Under the pieces are notes generated by a model that made no database searches, was not told where the DNA came from, and saw only the letters and a program-made list of their open reading frames with translations. DNA of 36,160 bases from Minisyncoccota bacterium (GTDB lineage: Bacteria; Patescibacteriota; Minisyncoccia; Phycocordibacterales; Phycocordibacteraceae): NCBI GenBank assembly GCA_035531095.1, contig DATKTL010000011.1:1-36160 (forward strand), in the 5' to 3' direction. The translations under genes were made by a program, and so were the position numbers. This document shows positions 23,401-30,002 of this stretch, one piece after another. The first letter of the stretch is position 1; every line of letters begins with the position of its first letter.

Positions 23401-23955
23401 ATGCAACGCGACGACCTCATGGTCTGGATGGACCTCGAGATGACCTCGATCGAGGACGCTTTGGTGGATCAGATTATCGAAATAGCCGTCATCCTCACCG
23501 ACAAGAACCTGACCATCGTGGCAGAAGGGCCGGACATCATCATCCATGCCGACCCGAAGCAGTTCGAGGGTATCCCCGAGTCGGCCCGTGCTCTCCATGA
23601 GAAGAACGGCCTCATCCCGCTCGTCACTGCGAGCACGGTCTCGCTCAAAGAGGCGGAGGATCGCGTACTCGCTTTCCTTATGGAGCATGTCACGCCGAAT
23701 TCAGCGCCGCTCTGCGGTAATTCCATTCACATGGATCGGCATTTCCTGCGTCTCCAGATGCCGCGCGTCGAGAAATATCTCTTCTATCGCTGCATCGACG
23801 TCTCCACGGTGAAAGAGCTCGCACGACGCTGGGCACCGACGCTCTTCGAAGAATCGCAGAACAGGAAAGGCGAGAGCGCTCACCGCGCCAAAGACGACAT
23901 TCTCGCGTCTATTTCTGAACTCGCGTTCAATCGTGGTGCGCTCTTTTCTCGCTAA
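23401..23955 (+). CDS. orn: Oligoribonuclease (DEDDh 3'-5' exonuclease)
   Basis: LMVWMDLEMTSI (ExoI DxE), GNSIHMDRHFL (ExoII), HRAKDDILASI (ExoIII, H-x4-D). ATG 23401 is preferred over the track start 23335. Confidence 0.9.
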   Translation: MQRDDLMVWMDLEMTSIEDALVDQIIEIAVILTDKNLTIVAEGPDIIIHADPKQFEGIPESARALHEKNGLIPLVTASTVSLKEAEDRVLAFLMEHVTPNSAPLCGNSIHMDRHFLRLQMPRVEKYLFYRCIDVSTVKELARRWAPTLFEESQNRKGESAHRAKDDILASISELAFNRGALFSR

Positions 23956-24803
23956 TCCTCGATCTCCGTCCACGGCACTTCCGCGCCGTTCGGTATGAAA
24001 AAGCCTGCTGAGTTTGGGTGGCCGCCGCCGCCGTATCTCATCGCGATCTTTGAGACGTCTACCGTCCCGTCCCCGCGTATGGAAACGCCGAATCCGTCCG
24101 GATGCGCCGCGACGACGAGCGCGAAAGGCGGAAGCTTCTCATAGAGCAGATGGCCGACATAGGAACGCATGGTGATGGAAGGCATGGCGGTAGTGAAATA
24201 GCATTCATAGCCTTCGAAACTGATTTTCTTCGCCGCTTCGACAGAAATTTGTGCGAGCAGTTCGAAGTATTCCGTATACGCCGCCGCTTTGATGAGGAAT
24301 GTCGCTCGTGCGGCATCATCTTCGAGCGTCTGCGCGAGCGTGTCCCAGACGGCGAAGTCATCCGGCTGCACGACAAGGTAGGAGAAGACGTCGCGCGTCT
24401 CGGGAAGCGCGTAGCGGTAGAGGTCGCCGTCTTCGATGTACTGCATGAGGCGCGGCATCGGTATGTCGGGATGGAAGAAGGACCAAGCGATAGTCGCGCC
24501 GGAGCGTTTCTCGTCGAAGATGTGCTCCGGTGCGGTCTCCGTGAGCGCCTTGGAGCTCTGGTGGTGATCAAGCGCGACGAAGCGCGATGCGATCTTCGCG
24601 AGTCGCTCCATTTCGCCGGGCAGCTCGTAGCTGAAGTCGAGCAGATAGATCTCTTTCCCTTCGAGACCTTCGAGCGGAGCGTCGCCGTAGCCGGCGGGGA
24701 TATACTCAGCTGTGTCGCCGAATTTCTTCCACGCGGCATACGCTGCGCCGAAGCCGTCCGGGCAGCGCTTGTGATAGATGACGACGACATGCTTATCGCT
24801 CAT
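23952..24803 (-). CDS. DHH/DHHA1-family phosphoesterase (NrnB / COG2404-like)
   Basis: VVIYHKRCPDGFGAA, VALDHHQS (DHH motif) and C-terminal GGGHPNSAGF (DHHA1 GGGH). Confidence 0.8.
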   Translation of the reverse strand: MSDKHVVVIYHKRCPDGFGAAYAAWKKFGDTAEYIPAGYGDAPLEGLEGKEIYLLDFSYELPGEMERLAKIASRFVALDHHQSSKALTETAPEHIFDEKRSGATIAWSFFHPDIPMPRLMQYIEDGDLYRYALPETRDVFSYLVVQPDDFAVWDTLAQTLEDDAARATFLIKAAAYTEYFELLAQISVEAAKKISFEGYECYFTTAMPSITMRSYVGHLLYEKLPPFALVVAAHPDGFGVSIRGDGTVDVSKIAMRYGGGGHPNSAGFFIPNGAEVPWTEIED

Positions 24804-24811
24804 ATGCCGGC

Positions 24812-24817
24812 ATTATC
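24812..24817 (-). promoter_or_regulatory. -10 GATAAT, 8 nt before the DHH ATG, overlapping the upstream gene's TAA
   Basis: Reverse complement of 24812-24817. Start codon at 24803-24801. Confidence 0.4.
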
Positions 24818-25715
24818 GCACGAAGCGCACATAGATGCCGGCAGGGATGACGCGTTCTGATTTCGATTCCCGTATGAAAAGCTCGCCGCACTCGCCGTCG
24901 GTCTCGCCGAAGACGCTCTCGATAGCCTGCGCGAAGGAGCGTGGCGCATAGCCGGCGGCATAGCCGTTTATGAGGAAGAAGGAGCCGGGCTTGTCCGAGA
25001 ATATCGCTTTGAGCGTCTCGAGGAGCTCGGGGAGCGCTTCTTCGATCTTCCACACCTCACCCTTGGCGCCGCGGCCGAAGGCCGGCGGGTCGAGGATGAT
25101 GCCGTCGTATTTCGCACCGCGCCGCGCTTCGCGCTTCGCGAAAGCGAGCGCGTCGTCGAGGAGCCAGCGGATCTTGTCTTCGCCGACGCCCGAGCGGCGT
25201 GCATTGTCGTGTGCCCAGTCGAGCGACTGCTTGCTCGCATCGACGTGCGTGACGTGCGCACCGGCAAGCGCGGCGACGACGGAGGCGATGCCGGTGTAAC
25301 CGAAGAGATTCAGCACCTTCGGCAACATGTCGGACATATCATGTCCGACATTAGATGTCGGACATGATATGTCCGACACTCGAGCGTGGAGCCATTTCCA
25401 GTTCGGCGCCTGCTCGGGGAAGACGCCGGTATGCTTGAAGCTCGTGAGCGTTGCGGTGAAGCGGGTATCGCCCCACGCGAGCTCCCATGGCTCGGGTATC
25501 GGCTTCTGTACGTCCCAGCCGCCGCGCTTGTCGCGGAAGGCGAAGACGGCGCTCGCGTTTTTCCAGAGCTCCGGCTCCTGCTTCGCCCAGAGTGCTTGTG
25601 TCTCGGGCCGTGCGACGGTCACCGCGCCGAAGCGCTCGAGCTTCATGTTGTCGCCCGAGTCGAGGAGCTCATAATCGCTCCAAGGAAGCGTCGTGAGATG
25701 TCGATCGTATTTCAT
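24813..25715 (-). CDS. Class I SAM-dependent RNA methyltransferase (COG1092 / RlmI-like, PUA-less)
   Basis: WSDYELLDSGDNMKLERFG, FKHTGVFPEQ, VLNLFGYTGIASV (motif I), HVDASK, IILDPPAFGRG (motif IV). Start M11 (25715) is preferred because its ATG overlaps the rlmB TGA (ATGA). Confidence 0.8.
   Translation of the reverse strand: MKYDRHLTTLPWSDYELLDSGDNMKLERFGAVTVARPETQALWAKQEPELWKNASAVFAFRDKRGGWDVQKPIPEPWELAWGDTRFTATLTSFKHTGVFPEQAPNWKWLHARVSDISCPTSNVGHDMSDMLPKVLNLFGYTGIASVVAALAGAHVTHVDASKQSLDWAHDNARRSGVGEDKIRWLLDDALAFAKREARRGAKYDGIILDPPAFGRGAKGEVWKIEEALPELLETLKAIFSDKPGSFFLINGYAAGYAPRSFAQAIESVFGETDGECGELFIRESKSERVIPAGIYVRFVR
25328..25378. repeat. 51-bp nested palindrome made of four alternating 11-mers, in frame within the methyltransferase CDS
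   Basis: ATGTCGGACAT-atc-ATGTCCGACAT-tag-ATGTCGGACAT-gat-ATGTCCGACAc (25327-25379). Every position except the central 3 nt is self-complementary. Confidence 0.9.
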
Positions 25716-26485
25716 GAAAGAAATTCCGGATGTTTGCGACTCCATTCGTAGAAGACGACCGCCGCCGAGACAGCGGCATTGAGCGACTCGGTTCGCGGAT
25801 GCATCGGAATCGAGAGTGCGACGTCGCAGGCTTCGAGTGTTTTCTCGCGGATACCGGCGCCTTCGTTGCCGATGATGAATGCCGCCGGGACGTCGAATTT
25901 CTCGTCAGTGAGCGCCGTAGAGCCTTCCATCGCGAGGCCGTAGGTCCAGAAGCCTTTCTCCTTGAGGATCTTGATGGTGTTGTTCACGTTGCCGATGGAG
26001 ACGAGCGGGACGCGGAATGCCATGCCGGCGGAGGTCTTCACGACGACGCCGGTGACGCCGGCCTGGTGGCGTTCCGGGATGAGCACAGCCGAGAGGCCGA
26101 AAGCTGCAGCGGAGCGGATGATAGCGCCGACGTTGTGCGGGTCGTGTATCTCCCCGAGGATGGCGACCGCGGGATTTCGGGCGGGGTTGAGGGTTTTCAG
26201 GAAATCATCGAAAGGGATGAGCAGGGCAGAGGGGTCCATGATGGCGATGATGCCCTGGTGAGTGGCATCGCGCCCCACGAGCTCCTTGCCTTTACTCACG
26301 GCCAAGGGGACGGTCGGGATATTGTGCATCTGGAGGAGCGCGCGCAGCTCTTTATCGCCCGCATCGTGCGCGAGGAATACTTTTCGTATGACCTGCGGCT
26401 TGCTTTCGAGCGCTTCCATGAGCGCATGCTTGCCGTAGATATAGACTTTTTCTTTCGATGGGGAGGAGGTTCGTTTCTGTCGCAT
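25712..26485 (-). CDS. rlmB: SpoU/TrmH-family RNA 2'-O-methyltransferase (RlmB-like)
   Basis: N-terminal substrate-binding domain (IYGKHALMEAL) and SPOUT motifs LGEIHDPHNVGAIIRSAAAFG, IIGNEGAGI, IPM....SLNAAVSAAV. Confidence 0.85.
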   Translation of the reverse strand: MRQKRTSSPSKEKVYIYGKHALMEALESKPQVIRKVFLAHDAGDKELRALLQMHNIPTVPLAVSKGKELVGRDATHQGIIAIMDPSALLIPFDDFLKTLNPARNPAVAILGEIHDPHNVGAIIRSAAAFGLSAVLIPERHQAGVTGVVVKTSAGMAFRVPLVSIGNVNNTIKILKEKGFWTYGLAMEGSTALTDEKFDVPAAFIIGNEGAGIREKTLEACDVALSIPMHPRTESLNAAVSAAVVFYEWSRKHPEFLS

Positions 26486-26492
26486 GAGCGAA

Positions 26493-26501
26493 ATTATAGC
26501 A
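26493..26501 (-). promoter_or_regulatory. Extended -10 TGcTATAAT, 7 nt before the rlmB ATG
   Basis: Reverse complement of 26493-26501, within the 37-nt tRNA-Val/rlmB gap. Confidence 0.55.
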
Positions 26502-26522
26502 CGAAATCAAGCATTTTGTTAG

Positions 26523-26595
26523 TGCGCCGTGAGGAACTCGAATCCCCGACCCTCTCAACGTCAATGAGATGCTCTACCAACTGAGCTAACGGCGC
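26523..26595 (-). tRNA. tRNA-Val (anticodon GAC), no encoded CCA
   Basis: The minus strand reads GCGCCGT-TA-GCTC-AGTTGGTA-GAGC-A-TCTCA-TTGACGT-TGAGA-GGGTC-GGGGA-TTCGAGT-TCCTC-ACGGCGC-A. Confidence 0.9.
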
Positions 26596-26603
26596 ATGGG
26601 GAG

Positions 26604-26612
26604 ACTATATCA
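26604..26612 (-). promoter_or_regulatory. Extended -10 TGaTATAGT, 8 nt before the tRNA-Val 5' end
   Basis: Reverse complement of 26604-26612. Confidence 0.45.
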
Positions 26613-26650
26613 CAGCATGATTCTCCGCGGAATGTGCTCGTGATAGGCAA

Positions 26651-26688
26651 GGGAAAAGATACGGGCGCGGCTTGCGCCGCGCCCGTAT
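26651..26688 (-). terminator. Rho-independent terminator after the PG-binding protein gene
   Basis: 12-bp stem ATACGGGCGCGG / CCGCGCCCGTAT, followed on the minus strand by CTTTTCCC. Confidence 0.65.
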
Positions 26689-26703
26689 GCTCCGCCGGGA
26701 TAC

Positions 26704-27366
26704 TTAGTTGTCCGAGTGCGGGGTAGAGGTCGACGTCGAGGAGCTGTCGCTTGCGGTCGATGAAGCGGTCGCCTCGCTCGAGCTCTGTGATTCGGTCGAT
26801 GAAGCGGTCGCGTCGCTTGAGCTGCCGCTGCACTCGCTTTCCATCTCCATTTCCTTCGCGATTTCGCCGCGGGTCTGCGGGCCGACGATGCCGACGGTGC
26901 TGATACCGTGGCTCTCCTGCCACTTCGCTACGGCCGCGCGTGTCGCGTCGCCGTAGTAGCCGGTGACGAGGCCCTCGGGATAGATTGACTTGTCCTTGCT
27001 GAGGAACGCCTGTAAGCGGGACACCTCGCCTTCCGACGAGCCGTCGGTCGAGCCGACGCTGAGGTTCTGCGAGAGAGCCGCGCACGCGTTGGCGCTCACT
27101 GGCTGGTTCGTCGTATCGGTCGGTACGGTCGTGCTCGCCGTCGATGATGATGTCACGGTCGAGACCGGCATGCCTTCGAGCGCGGCCTGCACGTTTGCGA
27201 TCGTCGTGGCATCTGCGCCGAACGCCTGCAGGAGGTTCGTGATGGAATCTATCTGGACGGGTGTGAGGGCTGCCGCTTGAGCGAGCGGCGCGCCGGCTAC
27301 GAGCGAGACGGCGAATGCGACACCGGCTGCTGCAGAGAGGACACGGGGATTCATAAGACGATTCAT
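26704..27366 (-). CDS. Secreted protein with peptidoglycan-binding (PG_binding_1-like) domain and Ser/Thr-rich tail
   Basis: Signal peptide (LSAAAGVAFAVSLVAGAPLAQAAA), then VSRLQAFLSKD...GLVTGYYGDATRAAVAKWQESHGI..TGIVGPQTRGEI, and a C-terminal S/T/A low-complexity region. Confidence 0.7.
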   Translation of the reverse strand: MNRLMNPRVLSAAAGVAFAVSLVAGAPLAQAAALTPVQIDSITNLLQAFGADATTIANVQAALEGMPVSTVTSSSTASTTVPTDTTNQPVSANACAALSQNLSVGSTDGSSEGEVSRLQAFLSKDKSIYPEGLVTGYYGDATRAAVAKWQESHGISTVGIVGPQTRGEIAKEMEMESECSGSSSDATASSTESQSSSEATASSTASDSSSTSTSTPHSDN

Positions 27367-27494
27367 AGTGCGGAATTGGTTAATTGATCACTTATTTAAG
27401 TAAAGGCGTTGAACCCTTCAAGCATAGCGCACCTGAGCCGTTTGTGGCGCCTTGTGCACAACGTTTCGGGGGAATTCTCCCGGTATTCTCGGTA

Positions 27495-28739
27495 TTATCG
27501 CGTGACTCGTGGGGCCCTTTCCCGGCGCCGGTCGCGAGTGTACCGGAAGTCTGCTGCGCCAAGGACAGCGGTCGCGAAGAGTGCGGATACGGACGCATAG
27601 ACATACGGGGCAGAACGGCTGAGTGAGAAGAGGACGCCCATGATGAGGTTCGAGAGGAATTGACCGATGCTCCGCGATACCGAAAGGAAGCCCATACCCC
27701 TCGATAGAGACGTCGATGCGATGAGCGAGGAGACGAGCGTCGGCTCGAACGTCTCGACCGTGCCCATGCCGAGGCCGAGGATCGCGACGGAAAGGTAGAA
27801 CGCGAGCTCATGCAGGTTGAAGACGACGCTGAGCGCGATGAGCCCGGACCCGAGCGCCGAAGGCAGGTAGCCGATAAGCCAGAGCGAGCGCAGCGGTGAG
27901 AATTTCCCGGCGCCGAGCGCGTACCCGCTAACGGCCGAGACACCGAGATACACGGCGTAAGCTAGCACGCCGAGCTCAAAGCCGCCGGTCGTGGCGCTGC
28001 CGCCGGTCGCCGTCAGGATCGGGAAGCCGAGGTTGTAGAAGCTGAAGCCGTAGAGCGTCGCAGCGATGAGGAGAGACACGAACAGCGACCGATCGGCCTC
28101 TCGGGACGGAGGCGTCGCTTCGCCGGGCTCTTCTAACGGGGATTCTTCCCGGTAGAGTGTGGTGCGCCGGACGAAGAAAAGGAGGATTGTCGAGATGAGG
28201 AGCGGCACGGCGGCATACAAGATGATGGTGCCGATTGGGACGTGAAGCGCGATGAAGAGCAATGCGAGAAGCGCGGAGAGCGTGCCGCCGCCGATGTCGA
28301 GCGCATGCAGGACGCCGAATGCGAGGCCCCGGCTCTCCTCCGGGGTCACCTGCACGAGAAGTGCGCGACGGGCGGGAGTGCGGAAGTACCGCGCCCACCA
28401 GCCGAGGATGAAAAGCAGTGCCGAGAGCCAGAGCACATGCGTGAGGCCGGAACAGGCCATGAGCGGGATGAACGCGTTGCCTACGATGGCGACGTACTTC
28501 TTGTCGAACCGATCGCCCGCAAGCCCGCCGATATACGCGAAGAACGATCCGGCCCCGAAGGCGACGGCCGTGATGATGCCGTACCAGTACACCGGCTCGT
28601 GGAGCGCGAAGATGAGGTAGAGCGGGAATAGGGCCGCGACCCCTTGGTAGCCGAGATCCGCGAAGAATGCGGAAAAGGAGAGCAGAAGCCCGTCGCGGGT
28701 CATACGCCGGAGCGGCGAGAAAACGCCGAGTATGTTCAT
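27495..28739 (-). CDS. MFS transporter
   Basis: 414 aa with ~12 TM helices, the loop motif GGLAGDRFDKK between TM2 and TM3, and a central hydrophilic loop. Confidence 0.85.
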   Translation of the reverse strand: MNILGVFSPLRRMTRDGLLLSFSAFFADLGYQGVAALFPLYLIFALHEPVYWYGIITAVAFGAGSFFAYIGGLAGDRFDKKYVAIVGNAFIPLMACSGLTHVLWLSALLFILGWWARYFRTPARRALLVQVTPEESRGLAFGVLHALDIGGGTLSALLALLFIALHVPIGTIILYAAVPLLISTILLFFVRRTTLYREESPLEEPGEATPPSREADRSLFVSLLIAATLYGFSFYNLGFPILTATGGSATTGGFELGVLAYAVYLGVSAVSGYALGAGKFSPLRSLWLIGYLPSALGSGLIALSVVFNLHELAFYLSVAILGLGMGTVETFEPTLVSSLIASTSLSRGMGFLSVSRSIGQFLSNLIMGVLFSLSRSAPYVYASVSALFATAVLGAADFRYTRDRRRERAPRVTR

Positions 28740-28745
28740 GCGCCT

Positions 28746-28751
28746 ATTGTA
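28746..28751 (-). promoter_or_regulatory. -10 TACAAT, 6 nt before the MFS ATG
   Basis: Reverse complement of 28746-28751. Confidence 0.45.
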
Positions 28752-28772
28752 CGTTACGAAAACAGCAAACAG

Positions 28773-29231
28773 TTATGCGTGTCGTGCGTACTTCAGGACC
28801 GCATACCACCCCGAGACGCCTATGAGAGCGAACGCCATACCCCCGAGCACGTCTATCGGGTGATGGAGACCGGTGTATACGCGCGCGGCGCCGACGAGGA
28901 TGGCGATCGCCCAGAGCGTGATACCCAATCGCTTGCTCCAGAACATCCCGACAGTCGCGAAGGCAGAGACGAAGAGCGTATGGTCGGAGGGAAAGCCGTT
29001 ATCGGGCGCGTGCGGGATGAGCGGCGTGAAGTGCAGGACGACGAACGGACGCGGATTGAAATAGAAGTGTCCGCCAAGGACGCCGAGCGCGTAGGCGAGG
29101 AGTCCCGCCGGGATGGCGAAGAGCGTCATGCGCTTCCATTCTGAGCGCGGCCGCATGATGAAATAGATGCCGAGCACGATGATCGGCAGGACGAAGAGGT
29201 AACGAGCGGTGAAAATGAAAAACGCGTCCAT
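28773..29231 (-). CDS. PAP2-family lipid phosphatase (BcrC/undecaprenyl-diphosphatase-like)
   Basis: 152 aa with PAP2 motifs (FPSDHT, ARVYTGLHHPIDV). Start M64 of the track ORF is preferred because the upstream 63 codons are basic and non-protein-like and a TGgTATAAA box lies 7 nt before this ATG. Confidence 0.8.
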   Translation of the reverse strand: MDAFFIFTARYLFVLPIIVLGIYFIMRPRSEWKRMTLFAIPAGLLAYALGVLGGHFYFNPRPFVVLHFTPLIPHAPDNGFPSDHTLFVSAFATVGMFWSKRLGITLWAIAILVGAARVYTGLHHPIDVLGGMAFALIGVSGWYAVLKYARHA

Positions 29232-29238
29232 GCATAGC

Positions 29239-29247
29239 TTTATACCA
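29239..29247 (-). promoter_or_regulatory. Extended -10 TGgTATAAA, 7 nt before the PAP2 ATG
   Basis: Reverse complement of 29239-29247. Confidence 0.5.
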
Positions 29248-29425
29248 CGTGGCGGGCAGATTCGGGGCATCACGGGGATGAAAGTATGCGTATCGACCCT
29301 TAGAGATGCTTTTGTGTTACGAATTGCTAACCGGATTGCTCCGCGTATTCGCAATCCGCTAAGCATTCTCGACCACCGCTCGTCGTTTTTCTCGGAAGAA
29401 AAACATCGCTCCGCGATCACAAAAA

Positions 29426-29447
29426 GACACCACGGGGAACCCTGATT
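29426..29447 (-). repeat. Degenerate same-orientation copy of the tRNA-Glu 3' portion
   Basis: GACACCACGGGGAA------CCCTGATT compared with the gene's GACCCCACGGGGAATCGAACCCCGATT (29612-29638). Confidence 0.5.
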
Positions 29448-29541
29448 ACAGTTTCGGCCACGAATAATTCGTTCGCCGTCGCTTACGAATTTTCTCGGCC
29501 CTGGCCCACTGCCTCGCCTGCTGGCTCGGCTTGTTCCGCCT

Positions 29542-29560
29542 TTCGATTCCCCGTGGGGTC
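29542..29560 (+). repeat. Perfect 19-nt inverted copy of the tRNA-Glu T-loop/acceptor 3' end
   Basis: TTCGATTCCCCGTGGGGTC (29542-29560) is the exact reverse complement of 29612-29630 inside the tRNA-Glu gene. Confidence 0.85.
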
Positions 29561-29573
29561 TACAAACGGCAAC

Positions 29574-29600
29574 AGCGCCAACACATTCGTGTGTGGCGCT
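29574..29600 (-). terminator. Hairpin downstream of tRNA-Glu (terminator-like)
   Basis: AGCGCCA(A)CACA / TTCG / TGTGTGGCGCT gives ~11 bp with one bulge. On the minus strand it is followed by GTTGCCGTTTGT. Confidence 0.4.
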
Positions 29601-29610
29601 GGCCGATTTG

Positions 29611-29682
29611 TGACCCCACGGGGAATCGAACCCCGATTTACGCCGTGAAAGGGCGCTGTCCTAACCGTTAGACGATAGGGCC
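29611..29682 (-). tRNA. tRNA-Glu (anticodon TTC), no encoded CCA
   Basis: The minus strand reads GGCCCTA-TC-GTCT-AACGGTTA-GGAC-A-GCGCC-CTTTCAC-GGCGT-AAAT-CGGGG-TTCGATT-CCCCG-TGGGGTC-A. Confidence 0.85.
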
Positions 29683-29793
29683 TGCTTCGCAGACCCTACA
29701 TCCTTCGCCTCGTCCGGAACAAATGGGATCTTGCCCGTCCGCTCGGCTCGGCTGTAGGGCCGTTACCGAAACCTTATCATTTTTGCTTCGAAA

Positions 29794-29802
29794 TGCTAGG
29801 AT
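29794..29802 (+). promoter_or_regulatory. Extended -10 TGcTAGGAT, 10 nt before tRNA-Ser(CGA)
   Basis: Read directly. Confidence 0.4.
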
Positions 29803-29812
29803 GGGTTGTACT

Positions 29813-29899
29813 GGAGAGGTGGCTGAGTGGTCGAAAGCACCGGTTTCGAAAACCGGCAGGGGCGTAAGCTCCTCGAGAGTTCGAATCTCTCCCTCTCCG
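29813..29899 (+). tRNA. tRNA-Ser (anticodon CGA), no encoded CCA
   Basis: Acceptor GGAGAGG/CCTCTCC, anticodon stem CCGGT/ACCGG with loop TTCGAAA, long variable arm, T-arm GAGAG-TTCGAAT-CTCTC, discriminator G. Confidence 0.9.
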
Positions 29900-29986
29900 C
29901 CGAGATTTTTAAGGAGCGAAGCGACTATAAAAATCCAAGTGGGGTTGCGTAATCGCAAGCCCCCGCACCAGTCCGCAAAAGCGGAG

Positions 29987-29992
29987 TATACT
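29987..29992 (+). promoter_or_regulatory. -10 TATACT, 10 nt before the dedA-like ATG
   Basis: Read directly. No SD. Confidence 0.45.
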
Positions 29993-30002
29993 TACACGAA
30001 CG

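Noticed and set aside
26755-26823. Two copies of a ~30-nt unit (GGTCGATGAAGCGGTCGCnTCGCTnGAGCT) in the 3' part of the PG-binding protein gene
   Set aside because: The unit encodes the Ser/Thr/Ala-rich low-complexity tail (..SSSEATASST.. / ..SSSDATASST..). This is ordinary intragenic repeat expansion in a secreted protein.
29232-29420. N-terminal 63-codon extension of the PAP2 ORF, and similarly 34696-34773 for trxB
   Set aside because: Both extensions are basic and non-conserved-looking and include the promoter -10 boxes. The conserved protein cores begin at the internal Met codons 29231 and 34695.
29260-29565. Possible tmRNA (GGGGATGA...TATCGAC near 29270-29300 and a TTCGATTCCCC...GGGGTC tRNA-like 3' end near 29542-29560)
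   Set aside because: No T-stem can form, because the 5' partner of CCCCG is CGCCT. The putative 5' acceptor strand has no complementary 3' strand and there is no ..ACCA end. No plausible tag reading frame ending in a hydrophobic ..AA stop exists. The 3' element is better explained as an inverted copy of the tRNA-Glu end.
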